Assembly: GCA_963732385.1 (NCBI GenBank)
Contig: CAVSZB010000008.1
Location: 96,001-160,000 of the forward strand
Source: an uncultured bacterium
Lineage (GTDB): Bacteria; Krumholzibacteriota; Krumholzibacteriia; LZORAL124-64-63
Direction: 5' to 3'
Length of the DNA: 64,000 nucleotides
Numbering within the stretch: position 1 is the first letter of the stretch; every line of letters begins with the position of its first letter. The notes under the pieces were generated by a model that saw only the letters and a program-made list of their open reading frames with translations, ran no database searches and was not told where the DNA came from. A program made the position numbers and the translations under genes. Positions 27,546 through 37,683 of the stretch are shown one piece after another.

Positions 27546-28508
27546 GTGGCGGACGGGCGCGAACTGGAGGGGGTCGTTCTGAGGTCCCACAGCGGTCACT
27601 GCGAGGTGGCCGCGGAGGGGGCGGTCTGGCGCTGCCGCACACGCGGTCGGTTGCAGCAGGGCCCGCGGGAGACCCAGGCGGTCGTCGTGGCGGGCGACCG
27701 GGTGCGTCTGCGCGAACGCCCGGCCGAGGGCGGGGGAACCGGACCGCTGGGAGTCATTGAGGCGGTGCTCCCGCGCCGCAACCGGATCGCGCGGTGGGCC
27801 TCCCGCCGCTCCGGCGGCCGGGTCGAGCAGATCGTGATGGCGAACCTCGACCAGGTCCTGGCCGTGCAGTCGCTGGCGCAGCCGGCGCCGACGCCCGGTT
27901 TTGTGGATCGCCTGCTCGCGGCCGCCGCGCGTTATGACGTGGGTGGCGTGCTCTGTCTTAACAAAATCGACCTCGATCCGGCCGGCGCGGCGGATCCGCG
28001 CTGGGGCTACTATGCCACGGCGGGCTATCGCGTGCTGCGCGTGTCGGCGGTGACCGGCGAGGGGACCGAAGATCTGCGCGAGGCGCTGCGGGACCGCGTT
28101 TCGCTGTTGCTTGGCGCTTCGGGAACCGGCAAAAGTTCGTTGCTCAACCGCCTGCAGCCGGGGCTGAAGCTGCGCACCGCCAGTGTCACCGAGCGCACCG
28201 GCCTGGGTAGGCACACCACGACCGGCACCGAACTTTATCCCCTCGCGGAGGGGGGGTATCTGGCGGATTCGCCCGGCATGCGCGGTTTCGATCCGCACGG
28301 TCTCGAGCCGGTCGACCTGCGCGGTCTGTTCCCGGACCTGGACGGGCCGGCGTGCGCGTGTCGATACCGCACCTGTCTGCATCGCGATGAACCGGAGTGC
28401 GGGGTCAAGGCCGCCGTGGCGCGCGGGACGATCCCGCGCTGGCGTCACGAGGCGTATCTCGCCCTACTCGCCGATGTCGAGGAGCGCCGTATCCGGCCTG
28501 GACAGTGA
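27546..28508 (+). CDS. rsgA: Ribosome small subunit-dependent GTPase A
   Basis: NKID, GASGTGKSS, GRHTT, DSPG, CRYRTCLHRDEPEC zinc motif. Confidence 0.93.
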   Translation: MADGRELEGVVLRSHSGHCEVAAEGAVWRCRTRGRLQQGPRETQAVVVAGDRVRLRERPAEGGGTGPLGVIEAVLPRRNRIARWASRRSGGRVEQIVMANLDQVLAVQSLAQPAPTPGFVDRLLAAAARYDVGGVLCLNKIDLDPAGAADPRWGYYATAGYRVLRVSAVTGEGTEDLREALRDRVSLLLGASGTGKSSLLNRLQPGLKLRTASVTERTGLGRHTTTGTELYPLAEGGYLADSPGMRGFDPHGLEPVDLRGLFPDLDGPACACRYRTCLHRDEPECGVKAAVARGTIPRWRHEAYLALLADVEERRIRPGQ

Positions 28509-28766
28509 GCCGCCCAGGAGCGCGCGGTAGTAGAGGCAGGCCTCCTGCCCCTCGTGCAGCAGGCGGTCGAGCGGGAGAATTTGCGTGCGCGGCCGCCACG
28601 GGGTGATGAAGTCCGCCCGCGCCGCCTCGCGCCAGCCGGGCCACGGCCCGCCCGGCAGATTCGCTGATTTTGCGGCAAGTTCGTACAGCCCGAGTCCGCT
28701 CGCCGCGGCGCTGGTGGCCGTTACGATGACAATCAGCAGGGATTCCCGGAGGATTGCGCGTCGCAT
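28464..28766 (-). CDS. Hypothetical small protein with N-terminal TM or signal segment
   Basis: Fills the gap between rsgA and GT9; hydrophobic N-terminus; overlaps the rsgA 3' end. Confidence 0.4.
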   Translation of the reverse strand: MRRAILRESLLIVIVTATSAAASGLGLYELAAKSANLPGGPWPGWREAARADFITPWRPRTQILPLDRLLHEGQEACLYYRALLGGSLSRPDTALLDIGE

Positions 28767-28796
28767 GAATGGGGTCTTGCAATCGATGTGCCAGCC

Positions 28797-29933
28797 ATGA
28801 CGAGGGTCATCACCCCCTCGGGACGTTGGTTGAAGCGCCTGTTCGTGGCCGGGGTGGCCCGTTTCTCCCGGCGGCCAAAACTGTCGCTGTCGGACATCCG
28901 GGCCCGCCGTCCGCAGCGAATCCTAATCGTGCGCCAGCACAACCAGATGGGGGACATGGTCTGCGCGACCCCCGCCCTGCGCGCCGTGCGTTGCGCCTTT
29001 CCCGAGGCGCTGATCGCCCTGGTCACCGCGCCGGTCAATCATGAGGTCGTGCGGCACAACCCCGACCTCGATCGTGTCCTGCTGTTCGACCGCACGATGT
29101 GGCGCAGTCCGCTGCGCCTGTTGAGATTCCGGTCCGAAGTGCGCAGGTTCAGCCCCGACCTCGCCGTGGTGCTCAACAGCGTCTCCTTCTCGGTGACGAG
29201 CGCCTGGATCGCCGCGGCTTCCGGCGCGCCGGTCATCATGGGGGGCGACAGCGGTCCTTTCGGCTGGGATCTGAGCCGCCATCTCTATTCGCTCGAACTG
29301 CCGTCGCTCCCGGAACTGGACCGCCACGCGGTCCTGCATAACCTGGCGCCGCTCGAGGCGGTGGGGATCGCGGCCGCGGGGCTCGACACGATCGTCGTGG
29401 CGGCGCCCGCGGAGCGGGAGACGGCCGTCGCGCTGCTGGCCGGGCTGCCGGACGACGGCCCGCTCCTCGTCATCCACCCCGGGGCCGGCAAGCGGGCGAA
29501 TCTCTGGCCTGCCGAGCGTTTCGCCGCGATCGCGCGGCGGGCCGCCGCCGCGGGAGAGCGGGTGGTCGTGCTGCAGGGCCCGGCCGACGGCGGAATCATC
29601 GCGAGCTTCGCCGCGGCGCTGGCGGAGGCGGGGGAGGGGATGGCGCACGGCCGGATCCTGACGGCGCCCCGCCAGCCGGTCGGCGTCTGCGCCGCGCTGC
29701 TGTCGTTCTGCGACCGGTTCCTCTGCAACGACACCGGCCTGATGCACGTGGGGGGCGCGGTCGGCGCGCCGACGCTGGCGCTGTTCGGACCGACCGATCC
29801 CGCCCTTTGGAAGCCGCTATCGCCGGTCGTGCGGGCGCTGCGGGGGGAAGACGACCGCCTCGACACCCTGGGCGTCGAGGCGGTGTGGAGCGCTCTGCGC
29901 GCGCTGCCGGCCCGTCAGGCCGGAGTTTCCTGA
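28797..29933 (+). CDS. Glycosyltransferase family 9 (ADP-heptose:LPS heptosyltransferase-like)
   Basis: QMGDMVCATP, HPGAG...WP, NDTGLMH, ALFGPT. Confidence 0.9.
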   Translation: MTRVITPSGRWLKRLFVAGVARFSRRPKLSLSDIRARRPQRILIVRQHNQMGDMVCATPALRAVRCAFPEALIALVTAPVNHEVVRHNPDLDRVLLFDRTMWRSPLRLLRFRSEVRRFSPDLAVVLNSVSFSVTSAWIAAASGAPVIMGGDSGPFGWDLSRHLYSLELPSLPELDRHAVLHNLAPLEAVGIAAAGLDTIVVAAPAERETAVALLAGLPDDGPLLVIHPGAGKRANLWPAERFAAIARRAAAAGERVVVLQGPADGGIIASFAAALAEAGEGMAHGRILTAPRQPVGVCAALLSFCDRFLCNDTGLMHVGGAVGAPTLALFGPTDPALWKPLSPVVRALRGEDDRLDTLGVEAVWSALRALPARQAGVS

Positions 29934-31105
29934 AGCAGCCGCGACAGGTTCTCGGCGGCCTTGCGATTGCCGGGATCCAGCTCGATCGCCGTCTCCCACG
30001 CCTCGCGCGCCTTCTCCTGGTTGCCCAGCTTGAAGTGCGCGTTGCCCAGGTTCGTCCAGGCCGCGCTGCCATTGGCGGCCCGCTCGATCGCCTCCTGGTA
30101 CATGGCGATCGCTTCCTCGTAATTTTCCTGCTGGAAGAAGACGTAGCCGAGATTGTTGTAGCTGGCCGAGAGCGTCGGATCGAGTTCGATGGCCTTCTGG
30201 AAGTGGTGAGTGGCCTCCTCGGCGTGTCCGCGCTCGGTTTCCACCAGACCGAGGTTGTTGTACGCCTCCACGAACTCGGGCGCGAGGGCGAGCGCCTTCT
30301 CGAAGCGCAGGGCGGCCCGCTCGAGATCCCCCTGGTGATAGAAGACCACGCCGGCGTTGTTCTCCCGCTTGGCCGTGGCGGTGAGAGCGGTCTGATTGTC
30401 GCGCTCCCGCTGTGCCTTCTCGAGCACGATGTGCTCCTGCACCACGCCCAGCGACGACTCGATCCGCTCCGACAGTTCGGTCAGCGAAAGCACCATGTTT
30501 TCCCAGCGCTCCTCGCCGTCCTCGAAACGCTGCTGGAGGGACTGCTGCCACTGCGCGGAGGCTGCCGCGGCCTCGTCGCGTGTCTCGCGGACGGAGGCCA
30601 CCGCCTCGGCCACCTCGCGTACCTGCAGGCCGACGCCGGTCGTGGCCGCGGCCAGTTCAGCCGTCTGCGCGGACGCATTGTCCCGCCACGAATCCAGGCG
30701 CTCGGACAACTCGGCCAGTCGCTTCTCGATCTGCTCCCGCCAGCCGCCATCGTCAGCGGGGGGCGCGTCGGCTGACGGCGTCGGCAGGTTTTCGAGCCGC
30801 TGTTCGATCGCTCGCAGCGGACCGGCTGTGCAGTCGAGCGCCGTCCGGATCTCGTCGGTCAGGGCCGCGGTGGCGAGGTGGAGCCCCTGAGCGATCTCCT
30901 CGCCGCTCATCAGTTTGCCGAGCCGCTCGACCTGGCACGCGCCGGCTTCGTGGAATCGACAGACAGCGCCGAGGCAATCCAGGTGCAGTCCGCCCGCGGC
31001 GGCCTTCCCGGCGGGCGGGCCGGCGCCGTCCAGATCGGCGCTTTTTTCCAGCATACCGCTGGCGGGAGCCTCGCTCTGGCGCCACAGGAACGGACAGGTC
31101 TTCAT
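29915..31105 (-). CDS. TPR protein with Cys-rich N-terminus and central coiled coil
   Basis: MKTCPF..C..C..C; repeated YNNLG/WTNLG TPR units. Confidence 0.85.
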   Translation of the reverse strand: MKTCPFLWRQSEAPASGMLEKSADLDGAGPPAGKAAAGGLHLDCLGAVCRFHEAGACQVERLGKLMSGEEIAQGLHLATAALTDEIRTALDCTAGPLRAIEQRLENLPTPSADAPPADDGGWREQIEKRLAELSERLDSWRDNASAQTAELAAATTGVGLQVREVAEAVASVRETRDEAAAASAQWQQSLQQRFEDGEERWENMVLSLTELSERIESSLGVVQEHIVLEKAQRERDNQTALTATAKRENNAGVVFYHQGDLERAALRFEKALALAPEFVEAYNNLGLVETERGHAEEATHHFQKAIELDPTLSASYNNLGYVFFQQENYEEAIAMYQEAIERAANGSAAWTNLGNAHFKLGNQEKAREAWETAIELDPGNRKAAENLSRLLQETPA

Positions 31106-31157
31106 GTCGTCTTCTCCTTCTGCGCGCGGCCCCGCGGGCCGCAGTGGCGAAATCCGG

Positions 31158-34100
31158 TCACGTCAGGTTTGCGGTTTTCTCCAGCACCAGAGGCTCGTCG
31201 GCCACGGTCTGCTGCAGGAATCGTCCGTAGCAGCGATTCAGGGACCGCCGTGCGCGTTCGGCCTCGTCCGGCAGGCCGCCCAACTCGCGGTAGCAGGCGC
31301 AGGCGGCGGCCCAGCCGCCGCGTGACTCCTCATCGTGGGCCAGCAGCCAGAGCGCGCGTGCCCGCGTGGCCGGATCGAGGCGGCAGTCGGGGCCGCTCAG
31401 CGGTACGCGGCGCAGCTGTCGGATCGCCTCGAGCGGATGGTCCGCCACCGACTGCCGCTGCGCCTCCTCCACATGCTCCGCCTGTTCAAGCGCGACCGGG
31501 TCCACCGGCGTTTCCGGCGCCGGCTCCGCGTCGGCGGTCGCCAGGTCAGGTCCGGCGCCCTCCTGCGGCGTTGGCGTCGCCGCGGCCGGCGCCTCGGGCT
31601 GGACTGCGTCATCGGGCGACTCCGCCTCGGCTCTGAGGCGCGCGGAGAGGTAGGGCGCGAACTCCCGCGCCAGTTGGCGTTTCGCTCCGGGATCGCGCAG
31701 TCGGTGCAGTGCAGCTTCGAGCAGCCGTGGCACGTCGTCGGCACGGTGCTCGGCGAGAAGGATGTGCGCCCGCGCGCGCACGGGCGGCAGGGCCTCTGGG
31801 TGCGCAGCCTCGAGGAGGGACAGTTCGCGGAATATCCAGTCGGCCCGGCTCGTGTCGAAAGCGTACAAGGTGGTGCAGACCGTCGCCGCCGTCTCGGCCT
31901 GTCCCAGCAGACGCAGCGCGCGCGCCAGCGGCTGCAGGAGCGAAGGGAACGGTGCGTCGCCGTTGCCGGCTTCGCCCAGATCGGAGACGACCTGTGCGGC
32001 AGTTCCGCTGTCGATCTGCAGGGACTCGAGGTAGGCGACCGCGGCGTCGTCGCCGCGTCCGGCTTCGAGATAGAAGCGCGCCAAAGCGAGGCATTCCGCT
32101 GCGCCCAGCAGGCGGCGCCCGGCGAGCTGCCGCACCGAGTGCAGCACCTCCTTCTGCCGCGCCGGATCGCAGCGCAAAGCCCGGCCGTACGCACGCAACG
32201 CCTCCTGCATGTCCCCGGCGGCGCCGAGAACGTCGCCGAGCAGCTTGTGCGCGCGCGCCAGACCGGGGTCGGCCGCGAGCACGGCGCGCAGCAGGTCCGC
32301 CAGCACGGTCAGGGGCGGATCGGCCAGTTGCAGCGCCAGTTCACACTCCGTCATCGCGTCGGCCGGGTTCCCCTCCTCGCACAGCAGCCGGGCCCGGAAC
32401 GCGCGCAGATGGCCGATCCGCGCGGCCGGCAGCGCCTGCTCCGCCCGCGGCAGCAGCTCGCCCAGCCGGCGGAAGCGCCCGGCTGTCGCCAGCCCGTCGA
32501 GGTAGGGCATCCAGATCTCCGCCCGCTCCGGCTCGGCCGCCAGCAGACTCTCGAAGAACAGGCAGACTTCCTCCACCCGGGCGGTGTCCCGCTCGAACAC
32601 CGGACTCAGCAGCGCCATCGCCTCGTCCAGTCGGTCATCCACCCGCAGCAGGCGAGCGCCGGCCAGAGCGACATCTCCCCGTCCGGGGTGGAGCCGGGCG
32701 TGGGTCAGCAACAGGTTCAGTACCCGTGTCTCGAGGTCGGGGCGCGTGGCTGTCAGCGTTGCCAGATCGTGCAGCCCCCCAGTTTCGTCGCCGCCGAACA
32801 GACACGCCGCGGCACGTGGCAGGACATAACTGACCGCGGTGATTTCGGGTCCCGCCAGCGCTTCGCGCAGGGCCCGCGCCTGGTCCGGGTCGGCGATCGC
32901 TGCCGTGACGAGCGAGTCCGCCAGCTCCTCGAGTTCAGCCGGTTCCGCGGCGGTTGCGGTGGCGAGCCAGGGACGCAGGAGCGCCCCGTCGCCGCGCCGC
33001 GCCAGCGGACCGATCAGCGCGGTCAGGCAGGCCGCAGCCGGCGTGACAGCAGCGAAGGCGGCGCGCGTCAGGTCGCACAACTCTCGCCAGGGCTCGTCGG
33101 TGAGATCGTCGCTGCTCCTCCAGAGCAGAGGCAGGCGCGCGTTGACACCGGCGGCGTCGCCGGTCGCGACGTGCAGTCGCACGAGCGCCGGCAGCCAGCG
33201 TCGCAGGTCCGCTGTGGACGCGATCGTGGTCGCCGCGGCGATGGCCAGCTCGCCGGTCAGCGGATCGCTGACGAGCTCAGGTTGAGTCGGCGGCAGCCCG
33301 AGCCGCTGCTCGATGGCCCGCGCCAAAGGCGCGATCCGTGTTTGCCCGAGCGCCGGTCCGCCGGCAAGCAGACGGTCCAGGTTTTCGGCGTCGTCCGTGG
33401 TGATCGCCAGTAGTGCGGCGTTCGCCGTCACTGACGGTGAAGCCGACACCTCCAGATAGGAGGCGAGCAAGGTCTTCAATTCGGCGGCGTCCAGCCAGGG
33501 GCGGGTGCGCAGGTGTTCCAGTGCGGCGCCAAGCGCGGGACCGTCTTCAGCGCGGGCGAGCAACTCCAGCCGGAGCAGCGCGTAGGGGCGCGCTTCCGGA
33601 CCGTCGGCTTCGGCCGAGGGGGAGAGCAGGTCGATCAAAGAAGCGGCTCCCTGCGGATCGCGCGCCACCGCTTCGCGGTAGCGGGTCACGGCCTCCTCGT
33701 GGCGGCCCGCGAGTCGCGCGAGATGGCCACGGGTGCGCAGCAGCGCCGTGACGTCCGTGAGCAGCGGGGTGATTTCCACCACGATTTCCTCGACGGCGCC
33801 GATCAGTTCGCGATCCCGCTCGGCGGCGGCAAGCAGGGCCGACAGTCCTTCCAGAGTTCGTCCATCGCGGGCCCGCGCCTCCCCCAGCAGTGCGAGCAGG
33901 CGGGGAGGGATCTGCTGCGAGCGCGCGCGCCGGTCGAGCAGCGCCAGCAACGCGCTGCGCGCCTCATCGTCGGCGCGCACCAGGTGTGTGCCGTGGGCAG
34001 CGGCGCCGTCGAAGTCCTTGAGCGCGAGGGCGAAATGGAAGCTCCCCCACAGGGCGAGCCGGCGCGAACTGCCATCACTGCCGTTCGCCAGTCCGCGGTG

Positions 34101-34511
34101 CGTGTCGAGGCTGGCCAGCTTGGTGGCGTAGCGTTCGAGCACCTGGCGCAACTGGGCTTCCGCCAGCGGCTCCAGGATGAGCGACGCCTCCTCGTGCTCG
34201 CCGCGCGACAGATGATCCTCGAACAGGAACTGGGCGCATGGCAGGTTGGCAGTTGCGCGGAAGTTGTCTGTCACGACAGCCAGCGCGTCGGGATGCAGAT
34301 CCGGATACTGCCGGAGCAGGGCGCGCAATTCCGTCAGTCCCGCATGCGCGTCCCCGAGATCGAGACAGGCTCGCGCCAGTTCGATCCGGTAGGGCGGCGT
34401 GTCGGGGTGTTCCTGAACCCACTCGGCCAGTTTGCGCCGCGCCCGGGCGAGGTCGCCCTTGACACGCAGCGACTCCGCCTTCTGCAGATTGCGTTCACAG
34501 TTCCTGTCCAT
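31158..34511 (-). CDS. Large (~1117 aa) TPR/alpha-solenoid protein
   Basis: Long ORF from MDRNCERN with degenerate TPR helices throughout. Confidence 0.75.
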   Translation of the reverse strand: MDRNCERNLQKAESLRVKGDLARARRKLAEWVQEHPDTPPYRIELARACLDLGDAHAGLTELRALLRQYPDLHPDALAVVTDNFRATANLPCAQFLFEDHLSRGEHEEASLILEPLAEAQLRQVLERYATKLASLDTHRGLANGSDGSSRRLALWGSFHFALALKDFDGAAAHGTHLVRADDEARSALLALLDRRARSQQIPPRLLALLGEARARDGRTLEGLSALLAAAERDRELIGAVEEIVVEITPLLTDVTALLRTRGHLARLAGRHEEAVTRYREAVARDPQGAASLIDLLSPSAEADGPEARPYALLRLELLARAEDGPALGAALEHLRTRPWLDAAELKTLLASYLEVSASPSVTANAALLAITTDDAENLDRLLAGGPALGQTRIAPLARAIEQRLGLPPTQPELVSDPLTGELAIAAATTIASTADLRRWLPALVRLHVATGDAAGVNARLPLLWRSSDDLTDEPWRELCDLTRAAFAAVTPAAACLTALIGPLARRGDGALLRPWLATATAAEPAELEELADSLVTAAIADPDQARALREALAGPEITAVSYVLPRAAACLFGGDETGGLHDLATLTATRPDLETRVLNLLLTHARLHPGRGDVALAGARLLRVDDRLDEAMALLSPVFERDTARVEEVCLFFESLLAAEPERAEIWMPYLDGLATAGRFRRLGELLPRAEQALPAARIGHLRAFRARLLCEEGNPADAMTECELALQLADPPLTVLADLLRAVLAADPGLARAHKLLGDVLGAAGDMQEALRAYGRALRCDPARQKEVLHSVRQLAGRRLLGAAECLALARFYLEAGRGDDAAVAYLESLQIDSGTAAQVVSDLGEAGNGDAPFPSLLQPLARALRLLGQAETAATVCTTLYAFDTSRADWIFRELSLLEAAHPEALPPVRARAHILLAEHRADDVPRLLEAALHRLRDPGAKRQLAREFAPYLSARLRAEAESPDDAVQPEAPAAATPTPQEGAGPDLATADAEPAPETPVDPVALEQAEHVEEAQRQSVADHPLEAIRQLRRVPLSGPDCRLDPATRARALWLLAHDEESRGGWAAACACYRELGGLPDEAERARRSLNRCYGRFLQQTVADEPLVLEKTANLT

Positions 34512-34655
34512 ACCCCGCCCTCTCGCCCGGAGGCCTGTCATCCCGGTAAAGGATCGGACGCTGGAAGCCCGCCTTGAGCGCGGCGCGCACCGGTTCGGAG
34601 CCGATCCGACGAGAAATTGGCTTCTGCTCCCGAAATCACTTATCGATAGAGGATC

Positions 34656-35339
34656 ATGCAAACCCCCATCACCCTCCTGGTGCTGCTCTTTTCCGTCGTG
34701 ATTCACGAATGCGCCCACGGGTGGACCGCGGAACGCTGCGGTGATGGCACGGCCCGTGAAGAGGGGCGCCTAACGCTCAATCCACTGCGGCACATCGATC
34801 CCGTCGGCACCATTCTGGTGCCCCTGATCCTGGCGCTGCTGCCTGGCGGGATGGTATTCGGATGGGCCAAGCCGGTGCCGGTCAACCCCTGGCGCCTGCG
34901 GGACATGCGGCGTGATCAGGCGCTCGTCGCTGCCGCCGGCCCCGTCAGCAATCTGTTGCTGGCCGCCGTCTGCGCCCTGCTTCAGGGATTGCTGGCGGGA
35001 CTCGCCGGCCTGCCGACGGGCCCTCTCGGAGCGGGGCTGTTCGCCGATCTGAAGCTGTTCCTTTTTCAGCTGCTCGGCGCCGGCATCTATATCAACGTGC
35101 TGCTGGCTCTCTTCAATCTGATCCCGCTGCCTCCGCTCGACGGCAGTTGGATCGTGCTGCGCTGGCTGCGCGGAGAGGCCGCAGTGGCCTACGACCGGCT
35201 CCGGCCGTTCGGCTTCTTCATCGTTCTCATCCTGATGAACTTCGGCCTCGGGGGGGCTCTGAACCGGGTTGTCATGGTGGTGGCTGGGCGCTACATCGAT
35301 CTGGCCAACTTCGTCCTTCGCCTAGTCCGCTCTATTTAA
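34656..35339 (+). CDS. Site-2 protease family (M50) membrane metalloprotease
   Basis: HECAH, FGWAKPVPVNP, AAAGP, FNLIPLPPLDG. Confidence 0.92.
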   Translation: MQTPITLLVLLFSVVIHECAHGWTAERCGDGTAREEGRLTLNPLRHIDPVGTILVPLILALLPGGMVFGWAKPVPVNPWRLRDMRRDQALVAAAGPVSNLLLAAVCALLQGLLAGLAGLPTGPLGAGLFADLKLFLFQLLGAGIYINVLLALFNLIPLPPLDGSWIVLRWLRGEAAVAYDRLRPFGFFIVLILMNFGLGGALNRVVMVVAGRYIDLANFVLRLVRSI

Positions 35340-35341
35340 TC

Positions 35342-36564
35342 CCTTGTGCCGTCGAGATTGTTGCCGAGCTTAGCCATAAGCATATGTAGCCACTTTCGAA
35401 TCACGCTCAGAACGCATACTTCAGTTCATGCCGCCTGTTGCGCCCCAGTACCGGCGTGATCACCAGCCGTTCATAGTACTCCGCCCACCTCTGCGGCAAC
35501 TTGATCCGGGTCCGGAACAGCCGTTCTTTCAGCACCTCCTCCACTCGCAGCGGTCGATCGAGCATCCCCTTGAGCATCGCCGGCGTCTGTCGACACCGCT
35601 TTTCCCGCCGGTAATTCAGGTAGTTGCGCCAGGTCAGGAAGATCACCATCCGCTCCGACGAGCCCTGCCGCCGCTTCGACGCTGCGATCGTCTCCCGCTT
35701 GTGGTTGGCCTGGGCGTGCCGGAGGATCAGGTCGAGCAGGTTGATCTCGAACAGCAGGTTGTCCGCGTCCCGCCGCTGCGTTGATGGCGTGATGAGGTGA
35801 TGGATCAGGCAGTCGAGCCCGCGGAAGGCCCGCGGATAGGCGCGGTGGTCGTCACTCCTGAGTGTCACCTCCGATTCGTGGGTCAGGACGGTTTCGAGCA
35901 GGTGGCGGACGTCCTTCTCGACCGCCCTGGGGTCGGGTCGGCCGAGGCGCAGTTCGAGCTGTTCGCGGCGGCGTTTCTGCTGGTCGGTCATGCGACCCTT
36001 GCGGCGCAAGGGGCTGTCGGAGAAGTACCAGAAGAAGCTGGTGTCGGCCTCGGCGAGCAGGTGGTGGTGGAAGGGGTGGTACTGGCTGAACTCGTAGGAC
36101 TCGAAGCCGTCCAGGACGAGGTCACCCTGAGGACGGACTCCGGCGATGAGCTGGGTGTGGAACAGCATGCAGTGGCGTCCGATGCGGGCGATGAGGCGAT
36201 CGATGGTGGAGGGTGCGGCGCGGACATCGCGAGCGATCTGACGGTTGGCCATGCCGCCGACGGTCTTCAAGAAGATGAGTTGGGGCAGATCGGGACGTTT
36301 GAGCCAGTAGGTGGAGGCGAAGGTCTGTGAACTGAAGGAGCGGTGGCAGTGCAGACATGTAAACCTCTGGACACGGTGGGGGGCGATGAGACGGGCGAAG
36401 AAGCCGGCGCGCTTGAAGCGCCAGCCTGAGGTCAAGGTGTTGTGGTGCAGACAGTTGGGGTTGGGACAGAAGGGCGGGAGGAAACAGGTTGAGGGGTGAT
36501 TGAGGGCGTCCATGGACGGGATCTGTGCAACGGGGACGCCAGAGACAATTTCGACGGCACAAGG
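35342..36564. mobile_element. Insertion sequence (~1.22 kb) with 20-bp terminal inverted repeats
   Basis: CCTTGTGCCGTCGAGATTGT (35342-35361) and ACAATTTCGACGGCACAAGG (36545-36564), 19/20 reverse-complement match, flanking one transposase-like ORF. Confidence 0.8.
35407..36513 (-). CDS. Putative transposase (zinc ribbon, HTH, DDE-like catalytic domain; IS1/IS1595-like architecture)
   Basis: CPNPNC...CLHC, RQIARDVRAAPSTI HTH, acidic motifs LDGFES and RSDDHRAY; bounded by inverted repeats. Confidence 0.75.
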   Translation of the reverse strand: MDALNHPSTCFLPPFCPNPNCLHHNTLTSGWRFKRAGFFARLIAPHRVQRFTCLHCHRSFSSQTFASTYWLKRPDLPQLIFLKTVGGMANRQIARDVRAAPSTIDRLIARIGRHCMLFHTQLIAGVRPQGDLVLDGFESYEFSQYHPFHHHLLAEADTSFFWYFSDSPLRRKGRMTDQQKRRREQLELRLGRPDPRAVEKDVRHLLETVLTHESEVTLRSDDHRAYPRAFRGLDCLIHHLITPSTQRRDADNLLFEINLLDLILRHAQANHKRETIAASKRRQGSSERMVIFLTWRNYLNYRREKRCRQTPAMLKGMLDRPLRVEEVLKERLFRTRIKLPQRWAEYYERLVITPVLGRNRRHELKYAF

Positions 36565-36604
36565 ACCTGGCTGCAACAGGGCGGTGTTCCGGGCGGAAGA
36601 GCAC

Positions 36605-36628
36605 AGCCCTCCGCCGGGGCGGAGGGCT
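36605..36628. other. Strong GC hairpin, possible terminator
   Basis: AGCCCTCCGC-CGGG-GCGGAGGGCT; no clear U-tract. Confidence 0.45.
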
Positions 36629-36708
36629 CGCTCAGCAGGACTTTTCCACGTGCGCGCGGTGGGGTTGCCGGTTCGGTTCGGGAGCCGGTGATCCTCTGTC
36701 GCGGGCGG

Positions 36709-36897
36709 CTATGGCGTTTCACCTAAGTTTTCGGCGGCCCGGATCAGGTGCTGATTGACGGGCAGGCTCGGGATGGACGGCGACGGAGTCGGAGCAATTT
36801 CGATGGCGGTGGGAGCCGTGGTACTGCTGCCGCAGCCGGCGGCCAGGGCGAGGGCGGTCAGGGCTGCCAGCATGGCGAGGGCCTTCTTCAGTGACAC
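36709..36897 (-). CDS. Small (62 aa) lipoprotein
   Basis: AGGAGG RBS then GTG; MSLKKALAMLAALTALALAAGC lipobox; Pro/Thr/Ser-rich mature part. Confidence 0.7.
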   Translation of the reverse strand: MSLKKALAMLAALTALALAAGCGSSTTAPTAIEIAPTPSPSIPSLPVNQHLIRAAENLGETP

Positions 36898-37294
36898 GTC
36901 TGGTCCTCCTTCGGATCGCGTGGTGGTGGCGGAGGCGGCGGGGAGGGGATGATGCCGGGGACAGGTTGTGGTTCTGGCCCCTCCCTGCCGCATGCCGGGG
37001 CGCCCGGCTGCAAGGGCGGTGCCACCGCACACGGGCCGCTATGCATCTTGTTCCATGGCAAGACAGTACAGGGCATGGCCCGGTCTTGAAGGAATGCGTG
37101 GCTGCCTCGTGGTTGCTTATGATGCCTTGCTGTCCTCTCACCTTGCCCGTTGCGGATCGTCCGATCTTGCAAACTGCATGTCGATCGGGGACCGGGCACA
37201 AAGCCCTTGACACCAGCGGGGTTATAGGGGAAAGTCCGTATGCCGGGACCGGGCAGGGTTCCGGGCGGTCGCCTGTCGCAAGGAGGGGAACGCG

Positions 37295-37573
37295 ATGACA
37301 AAGGCTGATATCGTCGAGGACATCGCCCAGCGAACCGGTCTGACGAAGAAGGAAGTCAGCGAAACCGTGGATCTCTTCCTGACCAAGATCAGCGACCTGC
37401 TGTCGGAGGGGAAACACTTGGAAATCCGCGGCTTCGGCACGTTCAAGGTGAAAGAGCGCAAGGAGCGGATGGCGCGCAATCCCCGCACGGGCGATGCCGT
37501 GCCGGTCCCTTCCCGTCGCGTCCCGATCTTCAAGGTCTCCAAGATGCTCAAGGACAAGGTGGCTCTGTCGTGA
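37295..37573 (+). CDS. HU/IHF-family DNA-binding protein
   Basis: MTKADIVE...IRGFGTF...ARNPRTG. Confidence 0.95.
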   Translation: MTKADIVEDIAQRTGLTKKEVSETVDLFLTKISDLLSEGKHLEIRGFGTFKVKERKERMARNPRTGDAVPVPSRRVPIFKVSKMLKDKVALS

Positions 37574-37683
37574 TCTGACCGTCCCACCGGCCGTGGTGCG
37601 GTGGTGAGGCTGCAGGGATGACAGAGAGCCTGCGGGTCGGACCGGGCGCGCGGTGGTGCCGGTGCGTCCGCGGAGGCATGACC

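Noticed and set aside
36898..37294. Long intergenic region as a possible ncRNA
   Set aside because: No tRNA, tmRNA, SRP, RNase P or 6S hallmarks recognised; consistent with divergent promoters
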